A stretch of DNA of 54,261 bases from Bosea sp. (in: a-proteobacteria). GTDB lineage: Bacteria > Pseudomonadota > Alphaproteobacteria > Rhizobiales > Beijerinckiaceae. Below, in pieces: positions 36,427-45,776 of this stretch. The position numbers were made by a program, and so were the translations under genes. Below the pieces are notes generated by a model. The model was not told the DNA's origin. It saw only the letters and a program-made list of their open reading frames with translations, and ran no database searches. The DNA is taken from positions 1 to 54,261 of the forward strand of contig JBKJSB010000152.1 in the NCBI GenBank assembly GCA_046593015.1. Reading direction: 5' to 3'. The number at the start of each line of letters is the position of its first letter. Position 1 is the first letter of the stretch.

Positions 36427-38835
36427 TCAGGCCTGGTTGACGACGAAGCCGCGAATGCGCGCGGCGGCCGGTCCAAGCGCCGCGTTGGCGCGTTCGAGAT
36501 CGACCACGCCGACCTCGCCCTCGCGGATCACCAGCACGATGTCGTCGACGACCTGACAGAAGCAGTCGGTCAGGGCGTCGCTGCCGATCGGCGCGCCGTC
36601 GATAATGATCGGCCCGAAACGCCGCGCGGCGCCGAAGATCTCATGCGCGATCTGGTCGGCCGTGACCGCCTCGCTGCGGCCCGCGCGCGGCAGGAAGAAC
36701 AGGCCGGAGCCCTCGTCCTGACGCGCGACGCGCACCAGCCCGGCCGAGCCCGTGGCGATCTCGTGGAGGCCCAGCTCGGCATCCGGCGCATAGACGCGGG
36801 TCAGACTGGTGTCGCCGAGGCCTGAATCGATCAGCAAGGCCGGCCGGCCCGAGGTCGCGGCCTCCAGCGCGAGGTTGAGCGCAACCGTCGATGCGCCAGC
36901 CTGCCCACGCAGGCCGAGCACCAGGATGCGGCGCGGTCGGGCATTCTCGACAAGCCCCGCTTCGCCAAGCGTCGCGCCGAGGCTGCGGATTGCCCTGGCG
37001 AAGCTCGCATCGGGCTTGTCGAGCACATCGACGAGATGGGCCTTGAGCTGGAAGACCGAGCGGGCCTCGCCCTCATTGCGCCGCCAGCGCCTGTGCCGCA
37101 CGGCGGGCACCGTGGCGAGCAAGGGCGCGGCCGCCGCCTGCAGCACATCGGGGATCCTGTCGGCCTGGCCGCCTTTTATCGTGGTGAAACGCCGCACCAG
37201 CGCGCCGCCCGGCGCGGTCGCCACGGCCGTGCCCTGATAGGGCGCAGGCGGCGTCGCATCGGCGGCCACAGCTCGTTCAGCGCCAGTGAACGCCTCCGAC
37301 GAGGGCTGGCGGCGGCTCCAGAAGCGGAAGCCGCGCGGCTCCTTTCGGGCCGGAGCGGGCGCGGGTGGCGACTGACCGGTCTCACCTGGTCCCTTCAGCG
37401 CCAGCCCCAACACCAGCAGAGCCCCGATGCCGCCGCCGCCGATGCCGCCGAGCATCGCGATCGTCCGCCGGCTCATGCCGGATTTCTCCAGCGGCGGCAT
37501 GGCGTAGCTGATGATGCGGGCGTTGGTGGTGTCGATGCCGGCGAGTTCGCCGGTCTCGCGCGCCCGGCGCAGGAAGGCGTCGTAGACGACGCGGGAGGAT
37601 TCGACCTCGCGCTCGAGTTCTCGCAGTTCGACCGAGGCGCGGCCGGCTGCGTATTGCGAGGTGGTGAGCTGGGCGACGCGCTGGGCGATCTGCTTCTCGG
37701 ACTCGACCGCCCGGTCGTATTCGACCTTGGCGGAGCGGCCGATGCGCGACAACTCGTCGGAGATCTGCCGGCGCGCATCGCGCACCTGCGCCTGCGCCGC
37801 GCCGAGCGCGGGATGGCGCGAACCGAGCGAGACGAGCAGGTCGGCCTCCTTGCTCAGCGCCGCGCCGAGCTGCGAGCGCAGCGCCGTCATGGTGTTGGAG
37901 GCGACCGCTTCGGGGATGGCGCCGGCCTCGATCGAGCTGGCGCGTGCGGCCAGCGTCTGGTCATACTTCGCCTTGGCCTCGGTCACCTTGGTGCGCAGCG
38001 CGACGAGTTGGGCATTGTTGAGCGCCAACTGCTCCTCGCCGATCGACTTGCCGCCGACGCCGACGATGTTGTTGGCTTCCTTGTATTTCTCGGACTTCTC
38101 CTCGGCGATGCGCAGCCGGTTGCGCAACTCCTCGAGCCGGCCGGTCAGCGCCCCGGTGGCGCGCTGGGCCGCGTCGGCGCGCACCGAGGCCTGATCGTCG
38201 AGATAGGCGTTGGCCAGCGCATTGGCGATGCGCGCGGCCTTGGTCGCCTCGCGCGAGGTCACGGCGATGTCGATGACGAAGGTGCGCTCGCCACGCCGGA
38301 CGGCGACCTGCTTGTCGAGCGCCGCCAGAGCGTAGAGAAGCCCGTCGCGGGGCGGTTCGCCGCCGCGCGGCAGCAGATCGGCCAGCAGGCGCGACAGGCC
38401 GGTCTTGGTCGCCTCGCCGCCGAACTCCGGGTCCTTGTCGAGCCCCTCGGTCTGGACGACGCGCGACTTGATGCTGTCGGACGCGATGACGCGCGCCTGG
38501 CTTTCCAGATAGCCGGTCGTCGAGGTCGGATCGCCGCCGCTGGCGTTGGGCGAGACTTCGTTCTGCAGCACGCGCAGGTCGCGCGGGTCGATGAAGAGCT
38601 GCGCGGTCGAGACGTATTTCGGCGGGATGAACAGGCTTGCAAGCCCCGCCAGCACGACGCCGATGAAGGCAGCCAGCAGCACGAGGCCCTTGCGCCGCCA
38701 CAGCGTCGTCACCAGCCAGGCCGGGTCGGTCAGCCGCGCCAGCAGCTGCGGCTGGTCCTGCGGCGATGGCGCGGGTCGGCTGCGGCGGTCCCGCCGCTGA
38801 TCCGTCTCGCCCGTGGCCGTATCGGTGTTGAACAT
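36427..38835 (-). CDS. GumC/Wzc-like polysaccharide co-polymerase with a degenerate kinase domain
   Basis: TM-periplasmic coiled coil-TM layout; PKYVSTAQLFIDP, AARIANALANAYL, LRELEREVESSR..YDAFL; degenerate P-loop AGASTV. Confidence 0.85.
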   Translation of the reverse strand: MFNTDTATGETDQRRDRRSRPAPSPQDQPQLLARLTDPAWLVTTLWRRKGLVLLAAFIGVVLAGLASLFIPPKYVSTAQLFIDPRDLRVLQNEVSPNASGGDPTSTTGYLESQARVIASDSIKSRVVQTEGLDKDPEFGGEATKTGLSRLLADLLPRGGEPPRDGLLYALAALDKQVAVRRGERTFVIDIAVTSREATKAARIANALANAYLDDQASVRADAAQRATGALTGRLEELRNRLRIAEEKSEKYKEANNIVGVGGKSIGEEQLALNNAQLVALRTKVTEAKAKYDQTLAARASSIEAGAIPEAVASNTMTALRSQLGAALSKEADLLVSLGSRHPALGAAQAQVRDARRQISDELSRIGRSAKVEYDRAVESEKQIAQRVAQLTTSQYAAGRASVELRELEREVESSRVVYDAFLRRARETGELAGIDTTNARIISYAMPPLEKSGMSRRTIAMLGGIGGGGIGALLVLGLALKGPGETGQSPPAPAPARKEPRGFRFWSRRQPSSEAFTGAERAVAADATPPAPYQGTAVATAPGGALVRRFTTIKGGQADRIPDVLQAAAAPLLATVPAVRHRRWRRNEGEARSVFQLKAHLVDVLDKPDASFARAIRSLGATLGEAGLVENARPRRILVLGLRGQAGASTVALNLALEAATSGRPALLIDSGLGDTSLTRVYAPDAELGLHEIATGSAGLVRVARQDEGSGLFFLPRAGRSEAVTADQIAHEIFGAARRFGPIIIDGAPIGSDALTDCFCQVVDDIVLVIREGEVGVVDLERANAALGPAAARIRGFVVNQA

Positions 38836-38935
38836 GACGCTACGCTTCACTCTGCAACCTCAGCCCCCATGCGGCAGGCGAACCCGGCCGCCTCAGACTC
38901 TCTTCGCTTCCATGACTTGCCCGTCGGCCTGGTCA

Positions 38936-40000
38936 TCAGCTCGCGCCGCGCCGGTAGCGGTCGAGCACCTTCATCATCGGTTTCGGGCGGAAATCGGCGT
39001 CCAGCGGCAGTGGGCGGGCGCTGGCGCCGTCCTTGCGCGGGAAGGTTTCGTGGATCCAGGAGTAGCGGTCGCTGAGCCCCCAGGTCACGATCGCCCTGGG
39101 CTGGCGCACCGAGACGATGGTGTTGAGATAGGTCGAGACCAGGCTGGCTGCGGCCCGGTCGCGCGTCTGCGCATCGGCCGGCAGCTTCCAGTCGATCACG
39201 TCGAGTTCGGTGATCTCGACATCGAGCCCGAGCTTGCCGAGGTCGTACATGAACTGCTGCAGACCATGGGTGTCGATCGGATTTTCGGCGTAGAGATGCG
39301 CCTGCATGCCGATTCCGTGGATCGGGATGCCCTTGTCCTTCAGCCTCCGGCAGATATCGAGTGCGATCTTGCGGCGCAGCGCCACGCCCGGCAGCGGCTC
39401 CTCGAAGTTGAAGTCGTTCAGCACGAGCCGCGCCGACGGGTCGGTGCGGGCTGCGGTGCGGAAGGCGATCTCGATATGCTCGGGGCCGAGCAGGCGCTGC
39501 CAGATCGTATCGCGATAGGGCTCGCCCGGCGTCGGATCGAAGCGGATGGCTTCGTTGACCACGTCCCAGGTTGCGATCCTGCCCTTGTAGCGATCGACCA
39601 CGGTCTCGATGTGCCGGACCAGCTCGCGCTCGGCCTCGGCCTTCGTCGTCATCGTCTTCGCCCAGGCCGGCAATGCCTCGCCCCAGAGCAGGGCATGACC
39701 GCGCAGGGCCTGCCGGTTGGCCTGCGCAAAGCCGACGAGTTCGTCCGCGCCGGAGAAATCGAAATGTGCGCGGTCGTGACGCAAGGCTTCCCATTTCAGA
39801 TCGTTCATCGGAACGATCACGTCGCAATGACGCCGGAGCGCTTCACGATAGCGTGAATCAGCGCGGAACGTCTCGATCTGCGCAGCCGAGCCGATCGGCA
39901 CCGGGCCACGGCTGGCGGCGACGGGACGCGCGCCAAGGCCGGCTGCGGCCAGCGTGGCCGCGCCCGAGATCAAAGCCTTTCTGCGCGTCATCGCGGTCAT
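38936..40000 (-). CDS. Glycoside hydrolase family 10 (endo-1,4-beta-xylanase-like) with Tat signal
   Basis: MTRRKAL leader; NDLKW, RGHALLW, WDVVNEA, GIGMQAHL, ITELDV, TWGLSDRYSW. Confidence 0.9.
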   Translation of the reverse strand: MTAMTRRKALISGAATLAAAGLGARPVAASRGPVPIGSAAQIETFRADSRYREALRRHCDVIVPMNDLKWEALRHDRAHFDFSGADELVGFAQANRQALRGHALLWGEALPAWAKTMTTKAEAERELVRHIETVVDRYKGRIATWDVVNEAIRFDPTPGEPYRDTIWQRLLGPEHIEIAFRTAARTDPSARLVLNDFNFEEPLPGVALRRKIALDICRRLKDKGIPIHGIGMQAHLYAENPIDTHGLQQFMYDLGKLGLDVEITELDVIDWKLPADAQTRDRAAASLVSTYLNTIVSVRQPRAIVTWGLSDRYSWIHETFPRKDGASARPLPLDADFRPKPMMKVLDRYRRGAS

Positions 40001-40144
40001 GTGTCGTTCCGGGCCAATATGTTTCGCAAAATGCCGCAGCCTGTTTCGTTTAGGGTCGATCAACGCCTTCCGGGCTAAACAGAATGCCTTCGACGGTCCC
40101 GCTCAGGCAGGGTCCGGGCCAGAAGCGCCGCCCGAACGGACCTC

Positions 40145-41374
40145 ATGTCGCCTGATCGCGCCGCCATTTCCGACTACCTCACGATCCTGAGCGGCTCGGC
40201 TGGCCGGCTCGTCATCTCTCTTGTCTACTTCCTCATCGTTGCGAATACGTTGACCCTCAGCGAGTTCGGTCTGTTCGCGACGGCCTCGGCAACCGGCCTG
40301 ATCCTGTCGCGGCTGCTCGCCTTCGGCTTCGTCTCGCCGGTCTACCGGGTAGCGACCGTCAAGCCGCGTTTGCTTGGAACCTATGCCGCCGGTTTTGCCG
40401 GGCTCGCCGCCCTGTCGATCCCGGTGATCGTGCTCGCGGCGGCGGCCGTCTACGCCGCTCTGTTCCAAGGCCGGCTGGCGGCGCTGTCCTTCGCCTTGAT
40501 CGTGACGGCGGAGGTGCTCGGCTGGCGTCTCGTCGAGGTCGTCGCCATCGTCAACAACGGCCTCAGGCGTTTCCGGCAAGCGGCGCTGCTGGTTATCCTT
40601 GGCTCGTCGCTGCGCACGGCGGCGGCCATCGCCTTCTACCTGTTCGGGCAGGCGAGCCTGACGATCTGGGTCTTCGCTTATCTCGGCGCGACGCTGGCGA
40701 CCGCGCTGATCGCGTTCCTGTTCTTCATGCCGGCGCTGCGCTGGCGGCTCGACCGGCGCATCTATGCCCGGCGCATGCCGGACGCCATCTTCGCCGCCGC
40801 CGCCGACATTGTGTTCTACATCCAGGCCGAGCTCGACAAACTGCTGGTGCTGGCGCTGGCGGGCGAGCGGACAGCGGGCCTCTACGCCATCGCCATGCGC
40901 GTCATCGACCTGACCGCCATGCCGGTGCGCAGCTTCAACCAGATGCTGGTGCAGAAAATCATGAAGGAGCGCGGGCTCGTCGGCGGCTTCAGCCGGCGCG
41001 CCGTCGTCGAAGCCGGCATCGCGCTGATCTCGATCGGCGGGCTTGGCGCCGTGATCGTGATGCTGAAGCCCTTCCCGGGCATGCTCGGCCGCAACGTCTC
41101 GGAAGCGGCCTTCCTTTTCTTGCCGATGCTTGCGGTGCCGGCCTTCCGCAACCTCGTCGAATACCATGCCGAACTGCTCTATGCCCGCGAGCGCACCGGC
41201 TCGCGCATCGCGCTGCTCTGCGCGGTCACGGGGCTGAAAGCCGCGCTGATCTCCTGGGTCATACTGCAATTTTCCGCCGGAGACGACTGGGCGCTCTGGC
41301 TCAACGGCGTCTTCGGGCTGGTCTACCTGCTCTCGGCGGCGGTGACCTACCGGCTGCTCGGACAGGCGCGCTGA
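40145..41374 (+). CDS. Wzx-type oligosaccharide flippase
   Basis: About 12 TM helices; EFGLFA, ELDKLLVL..AGLYAIAMR; polysaccharide cluster context. Confidence 0.8.
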   Translation: MSPDRAAISDYLTILSGSAGRLVISLVYFLIVANTLTLSEFGLFATASATGLILSRLLAFGFVSPVYRVATVKPRLLGTYAAGFAGLAALSIPVIVLAAAAVYAALFQGRLAALSFALIVTAEVLGWRLVEVVAIVNNGLRRFRQAALLVILGSSLRTAAAIAFYLFGQASLTIWVFAYLGATLATALIAFLFFMPALRWRLDRRIYARRMPDAIFAAAADIVFYIQAELDKLLVLALAGERTAGLYAIAMRVIDLTAMPVRSFNQMLVQKIMKERGLVGGFSRRAVVEAGIALISIGGLGAVIVMLKPFPGMLGRNVSEAAFLFLPMLAVPAFRNLVEYHAELLYARERTGSRIALLCAVTGLKAALISWVILQFSAGDDWALWLNGVFGLVYLLSAAVTYRLLGQAR

Positions 41375-41381
41375 CGGAAAG

Positions 41382-42272
41382 CTACTGCGCCTCGAACAGC
41401 GCCTTGAGTTGCGCTATCGGCTGTCCGATGAAGGACTGCACGCCGACCGCGACCTGACCGCGCTCGAGCACCTCCTCGAAGGAACGCAGCGAGGCGATGC
41501 CGGTGGCGTCGCCGCCCCAGTAGCTCTTGCAGAGTTCGTGACTGTCGGCGACATGGCCGGCTGCGGCGAGCCCGAGCACGCGTTCGACGAAGTAGCCGTA
41601 GATCATGTATTCCGAGAACTGGCGCTGGCGTGCGATCGCCTCGATCCAGTCGCGCCCGCCGACAGCCTCGATATGACGATGCAAAGCCAGCACGTTGTCG
41701 CGCCGCCAGGTCACGAGATTGTTGATGTAGTCCGGGCTCGGTATCGCAGGCGCCGGCAGCCCAAGCAGGTCGGCCGCCATGCCGCACCAGCCGACATGAT
41801 CGGCCATGTCGGCGGTGATGCCGTCTGGCTTCACATAGAGCCTGACGGCCCCGTCCGTCGTCAGGCTGTCCAGCGCGAAGCTCCGCAGGAACAGCATGTC
41901 GGAATCGGCGAAGAGCAGGACATCCTCCCGGCTCACCAGCGGCAGGGCGAATTTGCGCAATTGCTGGGCATGCCAGCCGCGCAAAGGCGGCACGCCGCGC
42001 GCGAGCGCACCCAGGCTGGTCCAGACCCGGCGCTTGCCGAGGCTGAAGGGATCGGGCTTCGCCTTGAGCCAGGACGGCAGCAGTGCCGATTCCGGCAGCA
42101 CCGTCCGGCGCGGGCCTTCCAGCGACGCAAATAATGCGACGTCGCCATCTTCGACCAGAATGTAATGCATCGTATGGCCGCTGACGAAGCGGTCGATGCT
42201 GGCGCAGAGCAGCCGGCAGCGCTCGATGTCGCCGGCATAGCTCGGCGTCGCGATGGCGTAGCTCAGGCTCAT
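41382..42272 (-). CDS. Conserved polysaccharide-cluster protein (DUF6492-like, possible GT-A fold)
   Basis: TPSYAGDIERCRLLCASID, GWHAQQLRK, FADSD (DxD), FSEYMIYG; ATGA-coupled to the upstream glycosyltransferase. Confidence 0.65.
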   Translation of the reverse strand: MSLSYAIATPSYAGDIERCRLLCASIDRFVSGHTMHYILVEDGDVALFASLEGPRRTVLPESALLPSWLKAKPDPFSLGKRRVWTSLGALARGVPPLRGWHAQQLRKFALPLVSREDVLLFADSDMLFLRSFALDSLTTDGAVRLYVKPDGITADMADHVGWCGMAADLLGLPAPAIPSPDYINNLVTWRRDNVLALHRHIEAVGGRDWIEAIARQRQFSEYMIYGYFVERVLGLAAAGHVADSHELCKSYWGGDATGIASLRSFEEVLERGQVAVGVQSFIGQPIAQLKALFEAQ

Positions 42273-43075
42273 GGCGCGGGCCGTCGCGCGGAAAGCTTCA
42301 GCCGCAGCATGCGCAGCAGAAAGACCGGGTTGCCGAGCACATAGCGCCGCCAGAGCCGGCCGGGTTCGAGCCAGAGCCGATACGCCCATTCCAGCCGCAG
42401 CGACCGGACGAGTTGTGGCGCGCGCGCCACCTCGCCGGCAAGGAAATCGAACAGTGCGCCGATGCCGGCCGCGACGATGGCGTGGCGGACCTCGATCCGC
42501 TCCGCGATAAAATGCTCCTGCAGGGGATTGCCGAGCGCGACCAGCAGCAGATCCGGCGGATCGGCCGCGAGCGCGTCCAGCATCGCGGCCTTGCCACTCT
42601 CGCCGATGAAGCCATGGCCGGCGACATGGAAATGGTGTCGCGGGAACTCCCGCGCCAGCCTCGCGGACGCCTTGTCGGCGACGCCCGGCCGGCCGCCGAA
42701 CAGCGCCACGCGCAGCGGCTGCGCCTGGGCCGCCAGCAGCGCCGGCGTGAAATCGGTCCCGTTCAGATTGGCCGGAAAGGCCGAGCCATGCAGCAGCCTT
42801 GCGCCGATATCGACGCCGATGCCGTCCGCCAGCACGAGGAAGCCGGCCAGCCGGCGGCGCAGCGGCTCGTCCTGCGCCGCGAGGTTGACCAGATGCGCAT
42901 TGCAGAAGGCGAGCTTGAGATGGCGCCGCGCAGCGGGCGCGTCGCCGACCAGACGCAGCGCCGCCTCGCGATCGGGCACGGCGATCGCGACGCCGCCGAC
43001 ATCGCGCGTCGCAACGCTCGTCATGGCCGGCGCGGAGGCGACGACTGAGGGGTCAAGGGTCAGGCTGGCGGGCAC
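42269..43075 (-). CDS. WecG/TagA/CpsF (GT26) glycosyltransferase
   Basis: FCNAH, LADGIG, NLNGTD, VALGNPLQE, GALFDF, RAP, LEWAYRL..EPGRLWRRY. Confidence 0.92.
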   Translation of the reverse strand: MPASLTLDPSVVASAPAMTSVATRDVGGVAIAVPDREAALRLVGDAPAARRHLKLAFCNAHLVNLAAQDEPLRRRLAGFLVLADGIGVDIGARLLHGSAFPANLNGTDFTPALLAAQAQPLRVALFGGRPGVADKASARLAREFPRHHFHVAGHGFIGESGKAAMLDALAADPPDLLLVALGNPLQEHFIAERIEVRHAIVAAGIGALFDFLAGEVARAPQLVRSLRLEWAYRLWLEPGRLWRRYVLGNPVFLLRMLRLKLSARRPAP

Positions 43076-43431
43076 GATGGAATTTGTCCGGACGTCGCGA
43101 CGACCATGTCATGGCGCAACCGTGCGGCTGGTCAAGCGCAACCCTGTCGGAGGGTGAACGCCGTCTTCTCCTCGGCCGCGACTGCGCGGCTGTCGTCACG
43201 GCCGATTTCGTCGCCGCTTCAGTGTTCCAGTTTGGCACGACATCGATCCGGCGCGGTTGCCGCGTCTGGCGAGAGTCATCTCATTGCATTGAAAACGCAT
43301 TGAAATTCAAAGATCCAGCCTCGTTCTGGCGCAATGCCCGGCGGCATGTCGCTTGCGGCCTGCCCGGCACGATGCGGTTGCGGTCGGAGATCTGTCCCGT
43401 TCCGAGCCGCCGCAGCGCTGGAGTGCCGGGC

Positions 43432-44892
43432 ATGATGATGAGCGTCAACGATCTGAACTACGCCGCAGCCAGCGCAGCCGAGGAGCGCGCCAATTCCTGG
43501 CGTCACTGGATCGGCCTCGTGACCGCGCTGATCGACGCCGGCGTGGTCTTCGGCATCGTCACGCTCGCCTCGGTCGCCTATCATCTCCAGGCCTATGGCC
43601 ATGCCGGCAACCATCAGGTCACCTTCGAACTCGCGAGCATGATCGCGGCGATCTTCGTCTTCACCAACCTGCTGCGCTCCCGCTACCAGATCGCCAACTA
43701 TCTCTCCACCAAGGGGCAGATCGCCTCGGCCTTTACGGTCTGGAACATCACCATGGTCGCCTTCATCGCGATCGTGTTCATGGCCAAGATCGTCGATCAT
43801 TATTCGCGCGCGGTGGTGATCGCGACCTATCTGACCGGCATTCCGCTGATCTCGCTGGCGCGTTCCGGCATCGTGCGCACCATTTCGATGGCAAGCAAGA
43901 CCGGGCTGATCACCTCCGAGCGGGTCTTCCTGATCGGCCGCGAGCAGGATGTGATGTCCTTCGTCTCGCGCCACCAGCCCTGGAACATCGGCTTCGTCAT
44001 CATCGACGTCGCCTTCCTGCGCGACGCCCAGAGCCGGCGGATCAACGATCCCGCCGCAGCGCTGGCCGCCGACCTCGCCACGGCCGTCGCGCGCTGCCGG
44101 CTGATGCAGCCGGACGCCGTCTTCATCGCCATGCCCTGGGCCGATCAGGACACGATCGACACCTGCGTCGACGCCTTCATGAACCTCCCCGTCGCGATCC
44201 ACCTGACGCCCGAAAAGATCATGGACCGGTTCGACAACCCCCATATCGTGCGGATCGGCTCGCTCGCCAGCCTGCGCCTGACGCGCCCGGCCCTGTCCTC
44301 CCTCGAAATCGCCGCCAAGCGGATCTTCGACGTGGTCGCGGCAAGCGCCATCCTCGTGGTCTCGCTGCCGCTGCTGCTGATGATCGCGGCCCTGATCCGG
44401 CTCGATTCGCCGGGCCCCGTGCTGTTCCTGCAGCGCCGCTACGGCTTCAACCAGCAGGCCTTCCGCATCTTCAAGTTCCGCACCATGACGACGACCGACG
44501 ATGGCGACGTGATCCGCCAGGCGACACGCAACGACCCGCGCATCACGAGGATCGGCCGGTTCCTGCGGCGCTACAATCTCGACGAGCTGCCGCAGCTCCT
44601 CAACGTCATCGCCGGGCAGATGTCGCTGGTCGGCCCGCGCCCGCATGCACTCGCCCATGACCACGAGTTCCAGCGCAAGATCGCGCGCTATGCGCGGCGT
44701 CACAACGTCAAGCCCGGCATCACCGGCTGGGCGCAGGTCAACGGCCTGCGCGGCGAGACCGATACGCAGGACAAGATGGCCCGGCGCATCGCCTTCGACC
44801 ACTGGTACATCGACAACTGGTCATTCTGGCTCGATCTGGCGATTCTCGCCCGCACCGTCCTGAGCGCGCGCTCCTACCGCAATGCGGTCTGA
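43432..44892 (+). CDS. Undecaprenyl-phosphate sugar phosphotransferase (WcaJ/UppE-like initiating enzyme)
   Basis: N-terminal TMs; KRIFD, IFKFRTM, DPRITRIGRFLR, LDELPQL, MSLVGPRP, VKPGITGWAQV. Confidence 0.93.
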   Translation: MMMSVNDLNYAAASAAEERANSWRHWIGLVTALIDAGVVFGIVTLASVAYHLQAYGHAGNHQVTFELASMIAAIFVFTNLLRSRYQIANYLSTKGQIASAFTVWNITMVAFIAIVFMAKIVDHYSRAVVIATYLTGIPLISLARSGIVRTISMASKTGLITSERVFLIGREQDVMSFVSRHQPWNIGFVIIDVAFLRDAQSRRINDPAAALAADLATAVARCRLMQPDAVFIAMPWADQDTIDTCVDAFMNLPVAIHLTPEKIMDRFDNPHIVRIGSLASLRLTRPALSSLEIAAKRIFDVVAASAILVVSLPLLLMIAALIRLDSPGPVLFLQRRYGFNQQAFRIFKFRTMTTTDDGDVIRQATRNDPRITRIGRFLRRYNLDELPQLLNVIAGQMSLVGPRPHALAHDHEFQRKIARYARRHNVKPGITGWAQVNGLRGETDTQDKMARRIAFDHWYIDNWSFWLDLAILARTVLSARSYRNAV

Positions 44893-45019
44893 CGTAGTCC
44901 CGCCCCGCGGCATAACGCGGTTGCGCCGGCAGCGACTGCCCGGTCCGCGTCGCCGGGCGCTTTGCAGGCCGCCACGCCTGATCTAGGGTCATACCGCATT
45001 CTCGAAAGCGGGCCTGACC

Positions 45020-45766
45020 ATGAATCAAATCGATTTAAACGGACGTGTCGCCATCGTCACCGGGGGCGCGCAGGGCATTGGCCGGGCTGTCGCGGCGCGC
45101 TTTGCCGCCAGCGGCGCCAAGGTCGAACTCTGGGACATGGACGGCAAGCTGGCGGCTGAAGCCGCCGCCGAGATCGGCCCCAACGCCACCGGCGTCGCCA
45201 TCGACGTGACGGATGCTGCGGCTGTGAAGGCAGCGGCAGACGCGCTCGAAGCCCGCTTGGGCAGCGTCGATATCCTCGTCACCAGCGCCGGCATCGCCGG
45301 GCCCAATCACAAGACGTGGGAGTATCCAGCCGAGGACTGGGCACGGGTGATGCGCATCAATGTCGATGGCACGTTGCATTGCTGCCAGGCGGTCATCCCC
45401 GGCATGCTCAGGCGCAACTACGGCCGGCTCGTGCTGGTGGCGTCGATCGCGGGCAAGGAGGGCAATCCCAACGCCTCTGCCTACTCGGCCTCGAAGGCGG
45501 CGGTGATCGCGCTGACCAAGTCGCTCGGCAAGGAACTGGCGACCCAGGACATCGCGGTGAATTGCATCACGCCGGCCGCCGCCCGGACCCGCATCTTCGA
45601 CCAGATGAGCGAGGAGCATATCGGCTACATGCTGGCGAAGATTCCGCGCGGGCGCTTCCTGCAGCCCGACGAGGTCGCCTCGATGGTCGCCTTCCTGGCC
45701 TCGGCCGAGAACAGCTTCACCACCGGCGGCGTTTTCGACCTTTCGGGCGGCCGCGCGACTTACTAG
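45020..45766 (+). CDS. Short-chain dehydrogenase/reductase
   Basis: VTGGAQGIG, SAGI, YSASK. Confidence 0.92.
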   Translation: MNQIDLNGRVAIVTGGAQGIGRAVAARFAASGAKVELWDMDGKLAAEAAAEIGPNATGVAIDVTDAAAVKAAADALEARLGSVDILVTSAGIAGPNHKTWEYPAEDWARVMRINVDGTLHCCQAVIPGMLRRNYGRLVLVASIAGKEGNPNASAYSASKAAVIALTKSLGKELATQDIAVNCITPAAARTRIFDQMSEEHIGYMLAKIPRGRFLQPDEVASMVAFLASAENSFTTGGVFDLSGGRATY

Positions 45767-45776
45767 TCTCCACACC

